From assembly GCA_964523375.1 (NCBI GenBank), contig CAZFYG010000003.1:35471-99470 (forward strand): a stretch of 64,000 bases of DNA, given 5' to 3'. Below the pieces are notes generated by a model, which searched no databases, was not told the origin of the DNA, and saw nothing but the letters and a program-made list of their open reading frames with translations. Positions 9,728 through 20,653 of this stretch are shown piece after piece. This DNA comes from an uncultured Gammaproteobacteria bacterium (GTDB lineage: Bacteria > Pseudomonadota > Gammaproteobacteria > Magnimaribacterales > D2472). The position numbers and the translations under genes are program-made. Position 1 is the first letter of the stretch; each line of letters opens with the position of its first letter.

Positions 9728-10900
9728 ATGGACATAAATTTTACACAAGAAGATATACAATTTAGGGATGAGATAAGAGACTGGTTGTCAAACGGCGGCT
9801 ATCCAACTCATGTAAAGCATAAAACTGATAATGGCATAGCCTTAACTAAGCAAGATATGACCGATTTTCATAAAGCAGTATCTGCAAAAGGATGGATGGG
9901 TTATAACTGGCCAAAAGAGCATGGCGGTACAGGTTGGTCTGCAACACAATTATATATTTTTAATAAAGAATTCGGTTTAGGTGGATGCCCTCCATTGCTT
10001 GCTTTTGGTGTAAGCATGGTTGCACCTGTTATCTATACTTTTGGTAATGATGAACAGAAAAAACGCTTCTTACCAGATATTCTAGAATTCAATACATGGT
10101 GGTGCCAGGGTTATTCAGAACCAGGGTCCGGCTCAGATTTGGCATCTTTAAAAACAAAAGCAGTTAGAGAGGGTGATCATTATATTATAAACGGATCTAA
10201 AACTTGGACTACGCTAGCCCAAAATGCTGATTGGATTTTTGTGTTAGTAAGAACAGAAACAACAAAAATAAAACAAGAAGGTATTTCGTTCATATTAGTT
10301 GATATGAAAACTCCTGGTATAGAAGTAAAACCCATAATCACCATTGATGGAGATCACGAGGTTAATTCTGTATTTTTTACTGATGTAAAGGTACCTGCTG
10401 AAAATCTTGTTGGAGAAGAGGGTAAAGGCTGGACTTATGCTAAGTTTCTTCTTGCCCATGAAAGGTTTGGAATAGCTGCTATTGGAACATCAATGAGGCA
10501 ACTTAAAAGATTGAAAAACATTGTTTCTGAGTTAGAAAATCCAGAAATGGAAAAGAAAGTAGCTGAGTTGGAAATATCTGTCTCTGCACTAGAAATGACA
10601 GAATTAAGATTATTATCAGCTCTTGAGAATGGAGGCCATCCTGGAGCAGAATCTTCTATCTTGAAAATAAAAGGAACTGAAATTCAACAAACTCTTACTG
10701 AATTATTTGTAGAGGCAGCTGGTGAGTATGCATTAATGTATCCTGGACCACATGGCTTTGAATCAAACTCTAAACCCGAAGGTCCAGATTTTGTTGCACA
10801 AAGTATTTCAGCATTTTTGAATATGAGAAAAGTTTCTATCTATGGTGGTAGTAATGAGATTCAAAAAAATATTATTTCAAAATTTGTACTAGGAGTTTAG
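9728..10900 (+). CDS. Acyl-CoA dehydrogenase, PimC-like catalytic subunit (start moved to ATG 9728)
   Basis: WCQGYSEPGSGSDLAS, NGSKTWTT, SIYGGSNEIQKNII with catalytic Glu. Confidence 0.9.
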   Translation: MDINFTQEDIQFRDEIRDWLSNGGYPTHVKHKTDNGIALTKQDMTDFHKAVSAKGWMGYNWPKEHGGTGWSATQLYIFNKEFGLGGCPPLLAFGVSMVAPVIYTFGNDEQKKRFLPDILEFNTWWCQGYSEPGSGSDLASLKTKAVREGDHYIINGSKTWTTLAQNADWIFVLVRTETTKIKQEGISFILVDMKTPGIEVKPIITIDGDHEVNSVFFTDVKVPAENLVGEEGKGWTYAKFLLAHERFGIAAIGTSMRQLKRLKNIVSELENPEMEKKVAELEISVSALEMTELRLLSALENGGHPGAESSILKIKGTEIQQTLTELFVEAAGEYALMYPGPHGFESNSKPEGPDFVAQSISAFLNMRKVSIYGGSNEIQKNIISKFVLGV

Positions 10901-10903
10901 AAA

Positions 10904-11998
10904 ATGAATTTAAATTATAGCGAAGAACAATTAATGCTAAAGGAGCAAATCCAAAAATTTTGTGATGCAGAGTATGATTTCTACAAAAGAGAAGATGTCG
11001 TTAAATCAGATGCTGATTTTGATTCTGACGTTTGGTCGTTATTTGCTGAGCAAGGCTGGCTATCAATGCCTTTTTCAGAGGAGTCTGGGGGTTTTGGTTT
11101 TGGACCGATAGAATTATCTATTTTATTTGAAGAATTTGGTAAGGCTCTTGTAATAGAGCCCTATTTATCATCTGTGGTCCTTTCGGGGCATATCCTGGAT
11201 AATAGTTCTTTTAATGATAAAAATACTGTTATTGAATCAATTTGCAGTGGATCTATGCATGTGTCTCTAGCATATGCTGAATCTACCAATAAATATGATT
11301 ATATCAATCCTCTTACATCTCTTTCAGCAGATGGTAAGCTTAATGGTACCAAAGCATTAGTTCTTAATGGTGCAAATGCGTCTAAATTTATTGTATCTTG
11401 TAAGTCTGGTGACGAACTTGCTCTTGTTATCATTGATTCCAACGCAGACGGTGTTTCAGTAACATCTTTCCCAACAGTTGATGGGCAAACATGCTCTGAA
11501 GTTTCTTTTGAAAATGTACTAGTTTCAAACGAGAATATAATTGCAAAGGGTTCTGAGGGTAGTGATCTTCTATTAGGAGCAATAAATTTAGCCACTCTCT
11601 GTGTTAGCGCAGAAGCTGTAGGCTGCATGACTTCTTGTTACTTAAAAACTGTAGAATACACAAAAAGCAGGGAGCAATTTGATCAGCCTATTTCTAATTT
11701 TCAAGTTCTTCAGCACAGGATGGTGGATATGTTTATTGAAAGCGAACTATGCAAATCACTTTTAATAAAGGCTATGCTTGAAGTTGATGCAAACTCTGAA
11801 GACATGTTTAAGCACGTATCTGCTTTAAAGGCGCAGGTTGGTAAATCTGGTAAGTTTTCAGCACAACAGGCCGTTCAACTCCACGGTGGAATGGGCGTCA
11901 GTGATGAGCTTATGATTGGTCATTATTTGAAAAAAATGCTTACTATTGATGCATTATTTGGTAATAGTGACTTTCATGTTAAGAGCTTTAGTGCATAG
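10904..11998 (+). CDS. Acyl-CoA dehydrogenase, PimD-like shorter partner subunit
   Basis: YTKSREQFDQPISNFQVLQHR, AVQLHGGMG; lacks the GSD and GG.NE motifs of the upstream gene. Confidence 0.88.
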   Translation: MNLNYSEEQLMLKEQIQKFCDAEYDFYKREDVVKSDADFDSDVWSLFAEQGWLSMPFSEESGGFGFGPIELSILFEEFGKALVIEPYLSSVVLSGHILDNSSFNDKNTVIESICSGSMHVSLAYAESTNKYDYINPLTSLSADGKLNGTKALVLNGANASKFIVSCKSGDELALVIIDSNADGVSVTSFPTVDGQTCSEVSFENVLVSNENIIAKGSEGSDLLLGAINLATLCVSAEAVGCMTSCYLKTVEYTKSREQFDQPISNFQVLQHRMVDMFIESELCKSLLIKAMLEVDANSEDMFKHVSALKAQVGKSGKFSAQQAVQLHGGMGVSDELMIGHYLKKMLTIDALFGNSDFHVKSFSA

Positions 11999-12009
11999 AT
12001 TTAAATATA

Positions 12010-12024
12010 TGTAAATTTTTTACA
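12010..12024. promoter_or_regulatory. HexR/RccR-type box upstream of gap
   Basis: TGTAA-ATTTT-TTACA matches TGTAR-N5-YTACA, 60 bp before the gap start. Confidence 0.6.
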
Positions 12025-12084
12025 AATAGTTCGTGCATTTTTAATACGTTGTTATAGAATTTAATTTTAATTAATTCACAATCT

Positions 12085-13587
12085 ATGACTAATCAAAAAG
12101 ATCCTAATTTTATTTCAACTGCTCGACAAGATAGAATTCTTCCTGAAGATACATTCGCAGATTGGAAGTGGAGAGAGGCCCTGGCAGAGCTTATGGTGCC
12201 TGTCATAGGGACTTTATATAGAAATGGTATCAATACACTAATTTACGGCAAATCTTTAGTTAATCAATCACCTGTTGAGTTAATGAGGGCCCACAGGTTT
12301 GCTAGGCAATCAGATAATAATGAGCTTAGCGAGTTTGAAACTTATCCTATTCTTCTTCATCTTGCCTCTTTGCAGCTTAATGATTGCGAAGTTGATATAG
12401 GAGAGCTAGCAGTAAAATGTCCATTTTTTGAAAGATTAAAAGAAGATCAAACAGGGCTTGAAACATACGTAAATGAGCAACTCAAGGGTGTTATTGGCTT
12501 TGATTCATCAAGGCCATCAGCTCCAACTAATATAGTCTTGTATGGTTTTGGTAGAGTTGGAAGGCTTATAGCAAGGATGCTTGTTCAGTCAACTGGACCT
12601 GGAAATTATTTTAGACTAAGTGCAATTGTTATTAGAAAAGCTTCAGATGATGATATTTACAAAAGAGCAAGTTTACTGCAAAGAGATTCAGTTCATGGTG
12701 CCTTTAATGGAACAGTTCGTGTGGATGAGGCTGATAGCTCATTGGTTATAAATGGTAACCCTGTAAAAATAATATATGCAAACAGCCCAAGTGATGTTGT
12801 TTATAATGACCATGATATTTTAAATCCTATTGTTATAGACAATACTGGAGCATGGAGAGATGAAGAAGGCCTTTCTAAACATTTAAAATCTGGAGCAAAA
12901 AAAGTAATTTTAACCGCACCTGCAAAAGGAAATATTAAGAATATTGTTAATGGTGTTAATAACAATATATTAGACAAAAATGATGAAATAATATCTGCTG
13001 CATCATGCACAACCAATGCAATCGTTCCTGTTTTAGATATTCTAAATAAGCAATATGGTATTGAAGGCGGTCACATAGAAACAGTTCATTCATACACAAA
13101 TGACCAAAACCTTATTGATAATTTTCATAAAGGAGATAGGCGAGGACGAAGTGCGGCACTTAATATGGTCATCACATCAACCGGAGCTGTAAAAGCTGTC
13201 TCAAAAGCACTTCCTGAGCTTGATGGTAAATTAACTGGAAATGCAATTAGAGTACCTACACCAAATGTAAGTCTTGCAATTTTATCTCTTACACTCAATA
13301 AAGAGACATCAAAAGAATCATTAAATAACTACCTTAGATCAATGGCTTTTCACTCTTCATATAGAGAAATACTTGGTTTTGTAAACTCATCTGAAGTGGT
13401 TTCAACAGACTTTTACTCTTCGCCTTTTGCAAGCATTATTGATTCTCAAGCAACGATAGTAAGTGGTAAGAGAATCACTTTATATTGTTGGTATGATAAT
13501 GAGTATGGTTATTCTAAGCAGGTTGCCTCATTAACTAAAAAAATTGCTGGTGTTAATCTTGTAAGATTACCTATACCAATTGACTAA
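12085..13587 (+). CDS. gap: Glyceraldehyde-3-phosphate dehydrogenase, long form with N-terminal extension
   Basis: LYGFGRVGR, SAASCTTN (catalytic Cys), WYDNEYGY; about 145 aa extension as in Pseudomonas-type long GAPDH. Confidence 0.93.
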   Translation: MTNQKDPNFISTARQDRILPEDTFADWKWREALAELMVPVIGTLYRNGINTLIYGKSLVNQSPVELMRAHRFARQSDNNELSEFETYPILLHLASLQLNDCEVDIGELAVKCPFFERLKEDQTGLETYVNEQLKGVIGFDSSRPSAPTNIVLYGFGRVGRLIARMLVQSTGPGNYFRLSAIVIRKASDDDIYKRASLLQRDSVHGAFNGTVRVDEADSSLVINGNPVKIIYANSPSDVVYNDHDILNPIVIDNTGAWRDEEGLSKHLKSGAKKVILTAPAKGNIKNIVNGVNNNILDKNDEIISAASCTTNAIVPVLDILNKQYGIEGGHIETVHSYTNDQNLIDNFHKGDRRGRSAALNMVITSTGAVKAVSKALPELDGKLTGNAIRVPTPNVSLAILSLTLNKETSKESLNNYLRSMAFHSSYREILGFVNSSEVVSTDFYSSPFASIIDSQATIVSGKRITLYCWYDNEYGYSKQVASLTKKIAGVNLVRLPIPID

Positions 13588-13665
13588 AATACCTAGAAAC
13601 TCAAAGATATTACGACTATAATCACCTCGATTTTGTAACTATAATTAACTATTAAGTAATTTTAA

Positions 13666-14973
13666 GTGATTTTAATTAAAAAAGGATTGAATCTCCCAAT
13701 ATCTGGTCATCCTGATCCAGTTGTTTCTGATACACCAACTATTCACAAAGCAGCAATTTTATCGAATGATTTTATTGGCATGAAACCCACTATGCTTGTT
13801 AAAGAAGGTGAAAAGGTAAAGTTAGGGCAAAAAATTATTGAAGATAAGAAAAATCCAGGTGTTTTTTTTACATCTCCATGTGGAGGAGAAGTGTCATCCA
13901 TAAACAGAGGTGATAAAAGAAAGTTTTTATCTATAGAGTTTGATATTGATGCTGAAGAGGAGTCCGTTTTATTTGACACTAACCAGGACCCAAAAACCCT
14001 GCTAATTGAATCAGGTTTATTCAATGCATTTAGAACAAGACCGTTCAATAGAACTCCAAAGGTTGAAGATAAGCCCGATAGGGTATTTATAAATGCATGT
14101 GATACTAATCCACTTGCTGTTAGCCCAAAAGATATAATACAACTTAATGAAGCAGACTTTAATTCTGGTGTTGCTTTTATATCAAGTTTATTTGATTTTG
14201 ATATAGATCTTGCTTTTGAAGATGACCATAGAGATTATACATTTCAAAATGTTAACTCAACCCAATTTAAAGGCCCTCATCCTGCAGGCTTAGCTAGTAC
14301 GCATATTAATGCTATATATCCTGTAAATCTTCATAGAAAAGTTTGGACCATTAATTATCAAGAGGTTATATCTATTGGTTATTTAGTTAATAATGGAAAG
14401 CTAAGAACTCATAAAAATATTTCTTTAGCTGGAGAGTCTGTTTTTAATCCTTCAATTGTTTCTGCAAGAATTGGCTCGAATATTGACCAGCTTTGTGCTG
14501 GTAAGGTAAATAGTAACGCAAGAGTTATTTCAGGTTCTGTTCTTTTCGGCCATGATGCTATAGATGCAATGTCATACTTAGGTTTTTATGACAACCAAGT
14601 TACAGCATTACCTAATCATACCGATGACGTATTTTTAAACTGGGTTATGCCTGGAAAAAACATTCATTCTAAACTTAATGTTTTCTTATCTGCTTTCAAA
14701 AAACCAGCTAAATTTAATTTTAATACAGGAATTAATGGAGGTAACAGGGCGATAGTACCTGTCGGCTCTTATGAGGAAATTATCCCACATGATATTTTGA
14801 TGACCCAGTTACTTAAGGCTCTAGTTGTTGGTGATGTTGAGGTGGCCGCAGAGCTTGGTATGTTTGAATTAACAGCTGAAGATTTGGCATTGGCGACATA
14901 TGTATGCCCTAGTAAATATGATTATTGTTCAATTCTTATGGATAACTTAAACAAGGTATACGAAGAGCTATGA
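13666..14973 (+). CDS. nqrA: Na+-translocating NADH:quinone reductase subunit A (GTG start)
   Basis: IKKGLNLPISG, GMKPTMLVKEGEKV, GPHPAG, YVCPSKYDY. Confidence 0.96.
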   Translation: MILIKKGLNLPISGHPDPVVSDTPTIHKAAILSNDFIGMKPTMLVKEGEKVKLGQKIIEDKKNPGVFFTSPCGGEVSSINRGDKRKFLSIEFDIDAEEESVLFDTNQDPKTLLIESGLFNAFRTRPFNRTPKVEDKPDRVFINACDTNPLAVSPKDIIQLNEADFNSGVAFISSLFDFDIDLAFEDDHRDYTFQNVNSTQFKGPHPAGLASTHINAIYPVNLHRKVWTINYQEVISIGYLVNNGKLRTHKNISLAGESVFNPSIVSARIGSNIDQLCAGKVNSNARVISGSVLFGHDAIDAMSYLGFYDNQVTALPNHTDDVFLNWVMPGKNIHSKLNVFLSAFKKPAKFNFNTGINGGNRAIVPVGSYEEIIPHDILMTQLLKALVVGDVEVAAELGMFELTAEDLALATYVCPSKYDYCSILMDNLNKVYEEL

Positions 14974-16196
14974 AGTTTCTAAGAACAAGTATTGATAATA
15001 TTAAACCTAATTTTATTGGTGAGGGTAAGTATGCAAAATGGTTCCCTTTATTTGATGCTTTTGAAAATTTTGTGTTTAACACAAAAAAATTAACAAAAAA
15101 TCCAGTTCATGTAAGAGATTCAGTCGATATACAAAAAATAATGGTAACTGTTTGGCTGGCAGCATTTCCAGCTATGTTCTTTGGCATGTATAACCTAGGT
15201 GATTATTCTTTAAATTATTTAAATTTAATTGGTCAGCAAAATACTGGTGACTGGCATCATGTATTTGTAAATATTATTGGCTATGACCATACGAGTTTTA
15301 TTGCTAAATTATGGTTTGGTGCATGTTATTTCCTGCCTATTTATATAACAGTCTTTGTAGTAGGTATTGGCTGGGAAGCTTTATTTGCAATTGTTAGGAA
15401 GCATGAAATTAATGAAGGTGCCTTTGTATCAACTATTCTTTTCTCACTAAGCTGCCCTCCAGATTTACCATTATGGCAAGCAGCAATGGGCATAACCTTT
15501 GGTTTGGTTATTGGCAAGGAGATATTTGGAGGTACTGGTAAGAATTTCTTAAATCCAGCTTTAACAGGGAGAGCTTTTTTATACTTTGCTTATCCTGCGC
15601 AAATATCAGGAGATAAAGTATGGATAGCTGGTCTGGCTGATAACAATATTATTCCAGAAGGATACAGTGGTGCTACTGCTCTTGGTGTTGCATCAACTGA
15701 CGGAATGGAAGGTATATATAATAATTTCTCTTGGATGGATTCATTTTTAGGATTCATACCTGGTTCGGTTGGTGAGACATCTGTAATTGCTATCGGTATT
15801 GGTCTAATAATCCTACTTCTCACAAAAGTAGCTTCCTACAGAATTATTTTAGGAACCCTTGTTGGTATGATTTTAATGTCAACAATTTTAAATATTGTTG
15901 GCTCAGAAACAAACCCAATGTTTTATGTACCATGGTATTGGCATTTAGTTATTGGCAGCTTTGCATTTGGTCTTGTTTTTATGGCCACGGAACCTGTTTC
16001 AGGCTCAGGTACAAATACTGGAAGATGGATATACGGTCTTGTAATTGGAATTACTGTTGTGTTGATTAGGGTTGTAAATCCAGCTTTTCCAGAAGGTATG
16101 ATGCTAGCAATACTTTTTGCAAACCTTCTTGCTCCTGTTATAGATCATCTTGTTGTGATGAGTAATATTAAGAAAAGGAGAGCTCGACTATCATGA
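14970..16196 (+). CDS. nqrB: Na+-NQR subunit B
   Basis: HVRDSVD, KEIFGGTGKNFLNPAL, FMN-attachment motif SGATAL, MATEPVS. Confidence 0.97.
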   Translation: MKFLRTSIDNIKPNFIGEGKYAKWFPLFDAFENFVFNTKKLTKNPVHVRDSVDIQKIMVTVWLAAFPAMFFGMYNLGDYSLNYLNLIGQQNTGDWHHVFVNIIGYDHTSFIAKLWFGACYFLPIYITVFVVGIGWEALFAIVRKHEINEGAFVSTILFSLSCPPDLPLWQAAMGITFGLVIGKEIFGGTGKNFLNPALTGRAFLYFAYPAQISGDKVWIAGLADNNIIPEGYSGATALGVASTDGMEGIYNNFSWMDSFLGFIPGSVGETSVIAIGIGLIILLLTKVASYRIILGTLVGMILMSTILNIVGSETNPMFYVPWYWHLVIGSFAFGLVFMATEPVSGSGTNTGRWIYGLVIGITVVLIRVVNPAFPEGMMLAILFANLLAPVIDHLVVMSNIKKRRARLS

Positions 16197-16966
16197 ACGA
16201 TTCAATAACTAAGACTTTAGCAGTAGCTTTCACTATCTGCCTTGTTTGTTCTTTGGTAGTTTCATATACAGCAGTTGGTTTGAGAGATCTGCAAAATGAA
16301 AATAAGCTCAATGACGAAAGAAAGAAAATACTTCAATCAGCAAATATGTACGATGCAGATTTAACTATAGCTTCCCAATTTGAGAAGCTTGAGATGAGGT
16401 ATGTTGATTTTACAACAGGCAAGATTATTGATTCTTATAATAATTTTAGTATCGATACATACAATCAAATAGCAACAACTCGAGACCCTTTGCTATCGTC
16501 TAAAGTTCCAACGTCAGATGATATTGCAATAATAAAAAATAGAGAAAATGTTGGTAAGTTTTATATTGCTAGAAATGATAATGGTGAATTAGACAAAATT
16601 ATTTTACCAATTAGAGGGTATGGTTTGTGGGGAACACTTTTTGGATACATATCAATTGAAAATGATTTTAATACAGTTGCTGGTCTAGAGTTCTATTCAC
16701 ACAAGGAGACACCCGGTCTTGGTGCTGAGGTTGATAACCCAAAATGGAAAGCTTTGTGGCCAGGAAAAAAAATATACAAAGAAGATGAAGTAAAACTGAC
16801 TGTTATGAAAGGTCAAGTTCCATCTGATGCCGCTGATTTAAGTTATAAAGTAGATGGGCTCTCTGGAGCCACTTTAACGAGCAGAGGCGTAACAAACATG
16901 ATCACATACTGGTTTGGAGATTCTGGATATTCAAAATTATTATCTGAGTTAAACTATGAGTCTTAA
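16193..16966 (+). CDS. nqrC: Na+-NQR subunit C
   Basis: [20 protein letters not shown] site [10 protein letters not shown]. Confidence 0.97.
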   Translation: MNDSITKTLAVAFTICLVCSLVVSYTAVGLRDLQNENKLNDERKKILQSANMYDADLTIASQFEKLEMRYVDFTTGKIIDSYNNFSIDTYNQIATTRDPLLSSKVPTSDDIAIIKNRENVGKFYIARNDNGELDKIILPIRGYGLWGTLFGYISIENDFNTVAGLEFYSHKETPGLGAEVDNPKWKALWPGKKIYKEDEVKLTVMKGQVPSDAADLSYKVDGLSGATLTSRGVTNMITYWFGDSGYSKLLSELNYES

Positions 16967-17642
16967 GCAATATAAAGAAGTTATTTTTAAGCCTCTTATT
17001 GATGAAAACCCAATAACGCTTCAAATATTGGGGATTTGTTCAGCGTTAGCTGTTACAAATAATCTCTCAGTCACACTGGTTATGTGCGTTGCCTTAACAA
17101 GTGTTGTAGCTTTTTCAAATTTGTTTATATCAATAATAAGAAACTACATTCCTAGTAGCATTAGAATAATTGTTCAAATGACAATTATAGCTTCACTTGT
17201 AATTGTTGTTGATGAGCTCTTAAAAGCATACGATTATGAAACAAGTAAAAAATTATCAGTCTTTGTTGGTCTGATAATCACAAACTGCATAGTAATGGGT
17301 CGAGCCGAAGCTTTTGCAATGAAAGAAAGGCCTTTGTTGAGTTTTTTTGATGGTCTTGGAAACGGACTTGGATACAGCTTAATATTGATAGGCGTTGCTG
17401 TTATCAGGGAGCTATTTGGCTCTGGAAGTCTAATGGGGTATGAGATATTCACATTAGTTTCTAATGGGGGTTGGTATTTACCAAATAACTTATTACTTTT
17501 ACCACCAAGCTCTTTCATCATCATTGGTTTATTTATATGGGCCATTAGGACAATTAGACCAAATCAAATAGAAGTGGATGATTTTAAAGTTTCTAAACAC
17601 TCCACGGCACCAGATTTAACAAAGAGAGAGTTGAATGTTTGA
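16956..17642 (+). CDS. nqrD: Na+-NQR subunit D
   Basis: [34 protein letters not shown]. Confidence 0.97.
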   Translation: MSLKQYKEVIFKPLIDENPITLQILGICSALAVTNNLSVTLVMCVALTSVVAFSNLFISIIRNYIPSSIRIIVQMTIIASLVIVVDELLKAYDYETSKKLSVFVGLIITNCIVMGRAEAFAMKERPLLSFFDGLGNGLGYSLILIGVAVIRELFGSGSLMGYEIFTLVSNGGWYLPNNLLLLPPSSFIIIGLFIWAIRTIRPNQIEVDDFKVSKHSTAPDLTKRELNV

Positions 17643-18246
17643 ACATTACTTAAATATATTTATCACCACAGTATTTATTGAAAATATTGCTTTGAGTGTT
17701 TTTCTTGGAATGTGTACTTTTATAGCAATTTCAAAGAAAATTGACGCAGCTTTTGGCTTAGGTATTGCCGTAATAGTGGTATGTGTTATTACTGTGCCCT
17801 TAAATAATCTAATTTATAACTTCATATTAAGAGAGGATGCATTAGTTTGGCTTGGTGTCGAAGGTACTAATTTAGAGTTTGTAGAGCTGATCAGTTATAT
17901 AGGAGTAATTGCCGCGTCAGTTCAAATTCTTGAAATGTTCCTTGATAAATATGTGCCAGCCCTTTATACAGCTTTAGGTCAATTCCTACCATTAATTACA
18001 GTGAATTGCGCCATTCTTGGTGCATCATTGTTTATGATTGAAAAAGATCTGCTTTTTGGCGAAAGTGTTGTCTATGGATTTGGGGCAGGATTTGGATGGG
18101 CGCTTGCCATTGTTATATTAGCTGGCATCAGAGAGAAGTTAAAATATTCTGATATTCCTGAAGGGCTAAAAGGTCTTGGTGCAACATTTATTATCGTTGG
18201 TTTAATGAGCTTTGGATTCATGTCATTTGGAGGCATATCTTTATAA
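17635..18246 (+). CDS. nqrE: Na+-NQR subunit E
   Basis: [20 protein letters not shown]. Confidence 0.97.
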   Translation: MFEHYLNIFITTVFIENIALSVFLGMCTFIAISKKIDAAFGLGIAVIVVCVITVPLNNLIYNFILREDALVWLGVEGTNLEFVELISYIGVIAASVQILEMFLDKYVPALYTALGQFLPLITVNCAILGASLFMIEKDLLFGESVVYGFGAGFGWALAIVILAGIREKLKYSDIPEGLKGLGATFIIVGLMSFGFMSFGGISL

Positions 18247-18248
18247 TT

Positions 18249-19475
18249 ATGAATATTGATTTAATTTTTGGTGTGATTTCTTTCTCAGGAATCGTTTTAA
18301 TACTTGTGATGATTATCATGGCTGCAAGGTCTAAACTAGTTTCTACAGGAGATGTAACTATTGAGATAAATGGGGATGCTTCAAACCCTCTAGTAGTTCC
18401 AGCAGGCTCAAAATTACTTCAAACATTAGCTGATAATAAAATTTTTCTCTCATCTGCTTGTGGCGGTGGTGGCACATGTAGTCAATGCAAGTGTCAAGTT
18501 GTTGAAGGAGGGGGGTCAATTCTTGCTGCTGAAGAATCTCATTTCAATACAACAGAAAAAAATGAAGGATGGAGACTTTCATGCCAAGTAGCAGTTAAAA
18601 ATGATTTAAAGATTAATGTTCCCGAAGAAATATTTGGTGTAAAAGAGTGGGAGTGCGAGGTAATTTCTAATGAAAATGTTGCAACGTTTATTAAAGAGCT
18701 TGTTTTAAAACTACCAGAAGGTGAAAATGTTGACTTTAGAGCTGGAGGTTATGTTCAATTAGAGGCTCCAGAGTATGAAATAGACTATAAAGATTTTGAT
18801 ATCCAGGATGAATACCGCTCGGACTGGGATAAATTTAAAATCTGGGAAAATAAAGCCACCAATCTAGAGCCTGTTATCAGAGCTTACTCCATGGCTAACT
18901 ATCCTGAGGAAAAAGGTGTTATTAAATTTAATATAAGAATTGCTTCACCTCCCCCTGGTATGGATGTTCCCCCTGGTGTTATGTCCTCATGGACTTTTAA
19001 CCTCAAGCCTGGTGATAAGGTTAAGGTGTTTGGTCCTTTCGGTGAGTTTTTTGCAAAAGAAACTTCTAATGAAATGGTTTTCGTTGGAGGTGGTGCAGGT
19101 ATGGCACCGATGAGATCACATATTTTTGATCAATTACTTAGACTGAATTCTGATAGAAAAATAACTTTCTGGTATGGAGCTAGAAGTCTCAAAGAAATGT
19201 TTTATGTTGAAGAGTTTAATGCATTAGCTGAAAAATATGATAATTTTGAATGGCATGTTGCATTATCTGATCCCCAGCCTGAGGATGATTGGGAAGGTGA
19301 TACGGGTTTTATACATAATGTGTTATATAAAAATTACCTCAGTTCTCATGAAGCCCCAGAAGATTGCGAATATTATATGTGTGGCCCTCCAATGATGAAT
19401 AAAGCAGTTATAGATCTTCTTATCAATCTTGGTGTTGAGCCAGAGAATATTGCATTAGACGACTTTGGTGGCTAA
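18249..19475 (+). CDS. nqrF: Na+-NQR subunit F
   Basis: 2Fe-2[13 protein letters not shown]...[30 protein letters not shown]. Confidence 0.98.
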   Translation: MNIDLIFGVISFSGIVLILVMIIMAARSKLVSTGDVTIEINGDASNPLVVPAGSKLLQTLADNKIFLSSACGGGGTCSQCKCQVVEGGGSILAAEESHFNTTEKNEGWRLSCQVAVKNDLKINVPEEIFGVKEWECEVISNENVATFIKELVLKLPEGENVDFRAGGYVQLEAPEYEIDYKDFDIQDEYRSDWDKFKIWENKATNLEPVIRAYSMANYPEEKGVIKFNIRIASPPPGMDVPPGVMSSWTFNLKPGDKVKVFGPFGEFFAKETSNEMVFVGGGAGMAPMRSHIFDQLLRLNSDRKITFWYGARSLKEMFYVEEFNALAEKYDNFEWHVALSDPQPEDDWEGDTGFIHNVLYKNYLSSHEAPEDCEYYMCGPPMMNKAVIDLLINLGVEPENIALDDFGG

Positions 19476-20481
19476 TCAAACATTGGTTAAAAGATCATAT
19501 ATATCTAAATTAATAGCTCTTTTTGTAGGCTTTTTATGTTTGGTGATAGCCTATAACCATAACTCTTCAAGTACATATATATTTAAAGGAGAGGCATATG
19601 GAACAACATGGACCCTTACTACAACAAAGTACCTCAATGACTCACACAAGATAGCAATTAAAGATATTATTAAAAAGATAGATTATGTTGCCTCTAATTA
19701 CAAAGAGGACTCTGAAATTGCCAAAATAAACTCATCACCAAATTCTACAGATATTAAAGTCTCAAATGATTTATTTAAAATATTAGAAATTGCTAATAAT
19801 ATTAGTGCTCTAACAAATAATTCATACGATATAAAACTAGGTAAATATTCTAGTTCACTTGGTTTTTCACCTACTTTTAATAAAGACTTATCTACAGATG
19901 GCACATCATTTTTTTTGCTTAATAAAACTAATCAAACATTAAATAAAAACGGTGACTTTTGGTTTGATTTATCATCTATAGCAAAAGGTTATGCTGTTGA
20001 TAAGATTGTTACTTATTTAGAATTAAATAATTTTAATAACTTTATAGTTGAAATCGGAGGAGAGTTAACTGTTAAAGGCTATAGTCATAATGATAATTGG
20101 CTATTGGCCATACAAGACCCAAGGCTATTAACTCAAAAACCTGGGAAGCTGATTACTAACAAAGATGGTAAAAAAATATCTATAGCAACATCGGGTGAAT
20201 ATAGAAATTATACATTTGACAAAACTGGTAAAAGGATTACGCACACTCTTAATCCCATTACAAAAAAATCTATTTTAAATGATTCCTTATCCGTAACCGT
20301 GGTATCTAAAGTATCAGCTGCACACGCTGATGCTTTAGCAACAGCATTTAATGTTATGAGTACTAATAATGCCATCAAAGTGGCTAATGACAATGAAATA
20401 GCGGCTATGTTTATAATGCAAGAAGCTGATAAATTAGAATTTAGATACACAGATGCATGGTATTATTCTGAGTATGAGTAA
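19465..20481 (+). CDS. apbE: FAD:protein FMN transferase
   Basis: [40 protein letters not shown]; follows nqrF. Confidence 0.93.
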   Translation: MVANQTLVKRSYISKLIALFVGFLCLVIAYNHNSSSTYIFKGEAYGTTWTLTTTKYLNDSHKIAIKDIIKKIDYVASNYKEDSEIAKINSSPNSTDIKVSNDLFKILEIANNISALTNNSYDIKLGKYSSSLGFSPTFNKDLSTDGTSFFLLNKTNQTLNKNGDFWFDLSSIAKGYAVDKIVTYLELNNFNNFIVEIGGELTVKGYSHNDNWLLAIQDPRLLTQKPGKLITNKDGKKISIATSGEYRNYTFDKTGKRITHTLNPITKKSILNDSLSVTVVSKVSAAHADALATAFNVMSTNNAIKVANDNEIAAMFIMQEADKLEFRYTDAWYYSEYE

Positions 20482-20653
20482 CTTCTTAATAACTTTCTTA
20501 ATAATAGGAACATCTTTCTTGGGTTTGGCAATTGGTCTTATTCTAAGAAATCAACCAATTAAAGGTTCTTGCGGGGGCATGGCGAACCTGGAATCAGGCT
20601 CACCATGTCAGATCTGTGGGAGAACAGATCCGAGTAACTGTGATGAGGTCTAG
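20474..20653 (+). CDS. nqrM: Na+-NQR maturation protein NqrM (start moved to ATG 20474)
   Basis: One TM helix then IKGSCGG...CQICG...C; canonical position after apbE. Confidence 0.88.
   Translation: MSNFLITFLIIGTSFLGLAIGLILRNQPIKGSCGGMANLESGSPCQICGRTDPSNCDEV

Noticed and set aside
13633-13648. Fourth HexR-type box before nqrA (TGTAACTATAATTAA)
   Set aside because: The right half does not match YTACA; only a half-site.
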